Assembly (NCBI GenBank): GCA_030390025.1
Contig: CM059431.1
Span: forward strand, 145,206,001 to 145,270,000
Direction of reading: 5' to 3'
From: Squalus acanthias
Lineage: Eukaryota
Length of the DNA stretch: 64,000 nucleotides
Shown here: positions 62,623-64,000 of the stretch, in pieces
Layout of the letters: each line of letters starts with the position of its first letter
Position numbering within the stretch: the stretch's first letter is position 1
Position numbers and translations under genes: made by a program
Notes under the pieces: model-generated
What the model was told of the DNA's origin: nothing
Databases searched by the model: none
The model's input: the letters and a program-made list of their open reading frames with translations, nothing else

Positions 62623-64000
62623 TGTAATGAGAAAGGATTAATTAGCAATCTTGTTGTGCGAGGCCCCTTGGGGAGAGGCGATCGTAATATGATAGAATTC
62701 TTCGTTAAAATGGAGAGTGAAGTAGTTAACTCAGAGACTAGGGTCCTGAATTTAAATAAAGGAAACTACGATGGTATGAGGCACGATTTGGCTAGGATGG
62801 ATTGCGAAACGTTACTTAAAGGGTCGACGGTGGGTAGGCAATGGCAAACATTTAAAGATCGCATGGTTGAACTACAGAATTTGTTCATCCCTGTTTAGCA
62901 TAAAAATAAAACAAAAAGGGTGACTCAAACGTGGCTAACAAGGGAAATTAAGGATAGCATAAAATCCAATGAGAGGATATATAATTTGCCCAGAAAAAGC
63001 AGCAAACCTGAGGACTGGGAGCAATTTAGGATTCAGCAAAGGAGGACAAAGGGATTAATTAAAAGGGGAAAAATAGATTATGAGAGTAAGCTTCAGGGAA
63101 CATAACAGCTGACTGTAAAGGCTTCTATAAATATGTGAAGAGAAAAAGATTGGTGATGTCAAGTGTAGGTCCCTTGCAGTCAGAATCAGGGGAATTTATA
63201 ATGGGGAACAAAGAAATGGCAGATCAATTAAATACATACTTTGGTTCTGTCTGCACAAAGGAGGATTCAAATAACCTCCCAGAGATGTCGGGGAACATAG
63301 GGTCTAATGAGAGGGAGGAATTGAATGATTTTCAGTATTTGTAGGGAAATGCTGTTAGGGAAATTGACGGGATTGAAGGCCGATAAATCCCCAGGGCCTG
63401 ATAATCTACATCCTAGGGCACTTAATGACGTGGCCCTCGAAATAGTAGATGCATTGCTGGTCATCTTCCAAAATTCTATGGTCTCTGGAACAGTTCCCAT
63501 GGATTGGAGGATAGCTAATGTAACCCCACTATTTAAAAAAGGTGGTCGAGAGAAAACGGGGAATTTTCGACCGGTAAGTCTGACATCAGAAGTGGGGAAA
63601 ATGCTAGAGTCCATTATAAAAGATGTAATAGCAGAGCGCTTGGAAAACAGTGACAGGATCGGACAAAGTAAACATGGATATACAAAAGGTAAATCATGCT
63701 TGACTAATCTACTGGAATTTTTGAGGATGTAACTGGTAGAATAGATGAGGGAGAACCAGTGGATGTGGTGTATTTGGACTTTCAGAAGGCTTTCGATAAA
63801 GTCCCGCAAAATAGATTAGCGTGCAAAGTTTAAAGCATACGGGATTGGTAGTAAGGTACTGTCTTGGATAGAGAACTGATTGGCAGACATGAAGCAAAGA
63901 GTTGGAATAAACGGGTCTTTTTCCGAGTGACAGGCAGTGACTAGTGGGGTACCGCAGGGATCGTCGCTAAGACCCCAGCTATTCACAATATATATAAATG
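62623..64000 (+). mobile_element. CR1 ORF2 (end of APE, linker, RT), running off the window
   Basis: CNEKGLISNLVVRGPLG..DRNMIEF, KADKSPGPD, KGKSCLTNLLEF and GVPQG motifs. Confidence 0.92.

Overview
Eukaryotic, repeat-saturated genomic DNA, almost certainly from a cartilaginous fish (HE1/V-SINEs, shark-type CR1 LINEs, Penelope fragments, a Deu-domain SINE, a 33-bp minisatellite). Nearly all long ORFs in the track are LINE remnants or repeat artefacts. The main hidden structure is a + strand tandem array of decayed, intron-containing MHC genes with class II-type architecture: a leader exon, a ~269-nt membrane-distal exon and an Ig C1-set exon. There are four near-complete copies (~2.9, 14.1, 20.5, 27.3 kb) and two partial ones (1-97, ~36.2 kb). 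The distal domain resembles an alpha1 domain with a Cys pair (HxxxxxxxCSD...ALP...C). The C1 domain shows a beta2-microglobulin-like Leu in place of the usual C-strand Trp, which tentatively suggests a W-category alpha (WA)-like or divergent class II-alpha lineage. All copies are pseudogenes, amplified by a ~6.4-6.9 kb triplication and an ~8 kb duplication. The right third holds nested transposons (a solo LTR inside a LINE), satellites and a few minus-strand candidate exons of a membrane protein (possibly MS4A-like). All protein-family calls come from manual translation and motif comparison, not database searches.
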